In this document: positions 62,775-64,000 of the stretch, one piece after another
How positions within the stretch are numbered: the first letter of the stretch is position 1
How the letters are laid out: every line of letters begins with the position of its first letter
Assembly: GCA_964482225.1 (NCBI GenBank)
Contig: CAYZWT010000021.1
Coordinates: forward strand, 486 to 64,485
Length of the DNA: 64,000 nt
DNA from: an uncultured Anaerolineales bacterium
GTDB lineage: Bacteria; Chloroflexota; Anaerolineae; UBA1429
Direction of reading: 5' to 3'
Notes under the pieces: model-generated
Databases searched by the model: none
The model's input: only the letters and a program-made list of their open reading frames with translations
What the model was told of the DNA's origin: nothing
Program-made: the position numbers and the translations under genes

Positions 62775-63692
62775 CTACCCCCCCGCCAGCGCCCGCCGGG
62801 GATTCTCCACCAGCAATGTGGCGATCATCTCTTCAGCGACCCCGGCCCCGCGCAGCCGGGGCGCAAACTCGCCCAGCAGCGCCGTCATGGGCTGCACCTC
62901 GCCGCCCCCGGGCTCGCCCACGTGGTACCAGCCCGCGTCCTGGGAGATCAGCAGTTGCCGCGCATAGCCCCGCTCCAACATGGCCAGCGTAAGCCTCTCT
63001 TGGCGCTCCAGCGGCCCCCAGCCGATGGCATCGTACGAGAGCCATGCGCCGCGTTGCAGCAGCGCGATATGGTCCGCATCGTCCGTGATCTGATCGGCAT
63101 GGGCTACCACATAGCGCGCGGGATTCATCCCCTCGGCCTCGATCAGGTCCAGGCTCTCGTGGGCGGCGCCAGCATGGCCCGTGTGGCACACGACGCTCAA
63201 ACCGGTCGCCAGATGTGTCATGGCCGCCGCCCGCACGATGGTCTGCTGAATCGGCAGCAATGGGCCCGGGTTCACGGCGATCTTGATGAACCCAGGGCGC
63301 ACGCCGGTCTCGCCGATGCCCTGCTCCCACTCGACGATCCAGCGCTCGGCCAGCGCCCCGGGCGACAGCTCGAACGCCCAGGCAGGCAGATAGGGCTCTT
63401 TGTATAGGCCCGTGTTGGTGACGATGTGCAGGCCGGTGGCCCGGCTGAGGCGTTGCAGCAGAGCCGGGTCGCGCCCCAGATAGTTGGGCGTGCACTCGAC
63501 CAGGCAGGTCACCCCCTGGGCCGCAACGGCATCCAGGTAGGGCTGCATGGTGCGCGCCACCTCGTCGCGATCCCAGCGATGCGGGCCGGTCTGCTCGGCG
63601 CCGCCAAAGTCCACCATGACGTGCTCGTGGATCAGGGTGAGCCCCAACTCATCGGGGGCCACCGGGCCCAAAACGGTCTGTACACAAGCCAT
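62775..63692 (-). CDS. Phosphotriesterase-family amidohydrolase
   Basis: QTVLGP, LG.TLIHEH, GRD, GFIKIA, CHTG, AHAD, ISQDAG, ENPRR. Confidence 0.92.
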   Translation of the reverse strand: MACVQTVLGPVAPDELGLTLIHEHVMVDFGGAEQTGPHRWDRDEVARTMQPYLDAVAAQGVTCLVECTPNYLGRDPALLQRLSRATGLHIVTNTGLYKEPYLPAWAFELSPGALAERWIVEWEQGIGETGVRPGFIKIAVNPGPLLPIQQTIVRAAAMTHLATGLSVVCHTGHAGAAHESLDLIEAEGMNPARYVVAHADQITDDADHIALLQRGAWLSYDAIGWGPLERQERLTLAMLERGYARQLLISQDAGWYHVGEPGGGEVQPMTALLGEFAPRLRGAGVAEEMIATLLVENPRRALAGG

Positions 63693-63718
63693 GCCGTACC
63701 CCCCTTTGCTCAGCGCCG

Positions 63719-64000
63719 CTATACCAACAGCTCATACTGCGCCGTCAGATAGGGCGCGCCCCCATTGAGAACCGGCTGGCCGCCGCCCACCGCAAGGGTG
63801 AACGTCCCCGGCTCCAGCAGCGGCTCGCCCTCGTCGTCATGCACCAGCATCTCCTGGCGGCCCAGGGTGAACCCCACCCGCCGCGCCTCGCCCGGCGCCA
63901 GATGGATGCGCTCGAACCCGGCCAGCCGCCGGATGGGCGCTGGATAGGCGGAGGCGTCATCGCTCAGGTAGAGCTGCACCACCTCGTCGCCCGCGCGCGC
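63719..64000 (-). CDS. GH3 beta-glucosidase/xylosidase, C-terminal Fn3-like domain (partial)
   Basis: GDEVVQLY, P.RRL.GFERI.L.PGE, EPG.F.L.VGG. Confidence 0.85.
   Translation of the reverse strand, partial: ARAGDEVVQLYLSDDASAYPAPIRRLAGFERIHLAPGEARRVGFTLGRQEMLVHDDEGEPLLEPGTFTLAVGGGQPVLNGGAPYLTAQYELLV

Overview
GC-rich bacterial chromosomal segment, most likely Chloroflexota (Anaerolineae-like). This is inferred from the RpoB/RpsL insertions, gene content and REP types, not from a marker search. From left to right it holds the 5' part of the str operon (fusA partial, rpsG, rpsL) with rpoB directly upstream and no rpoC, then secDF, glycerate kinase, an orphan solute-binding lipoprotein, a divergent YchF paralog and prs. 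A stress-type cluster follows: two tandem cytidylate-kinase-like genes, a site-2 protease-CBS protein, a PRTase, a USP, a full-length cyclic beta-1,2-glucan synthase and an M29-like protein. After that come HtrA, sugar-catabolic genes, a compositionally foreign McrBC-like defence pair, GH78, an orphan HicB-like gene, a PA14-LysM-SH3 protein, gpmA / Pfk-like / pgk, dehydrogenases, an M42 peptidase, VanW, canonical ychF, a PP2C-like membrane protein, a beta-propeller lipoprotein, a thioredoxin-fold protein, a phosphotriesterase-family gene and a partial GH3. The most notable observations are a Pfk homolog with almost all catalytic residues replaced, a str-operon EF-G with a degenerate domain IV tip, rpoB uncoupled from rpoC and carrying substituted rifampicin-contact residues, a McrB with three N-terminal candidate sensor domains, a USP-coupled Cgs, a PP2C pseudophosphatase, and a dispersed four-way-junction repeat showing covariation. 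No rRNA, tRNA, CRISPR array or transposase was seen. All family calls come from motifs recognised by eye.
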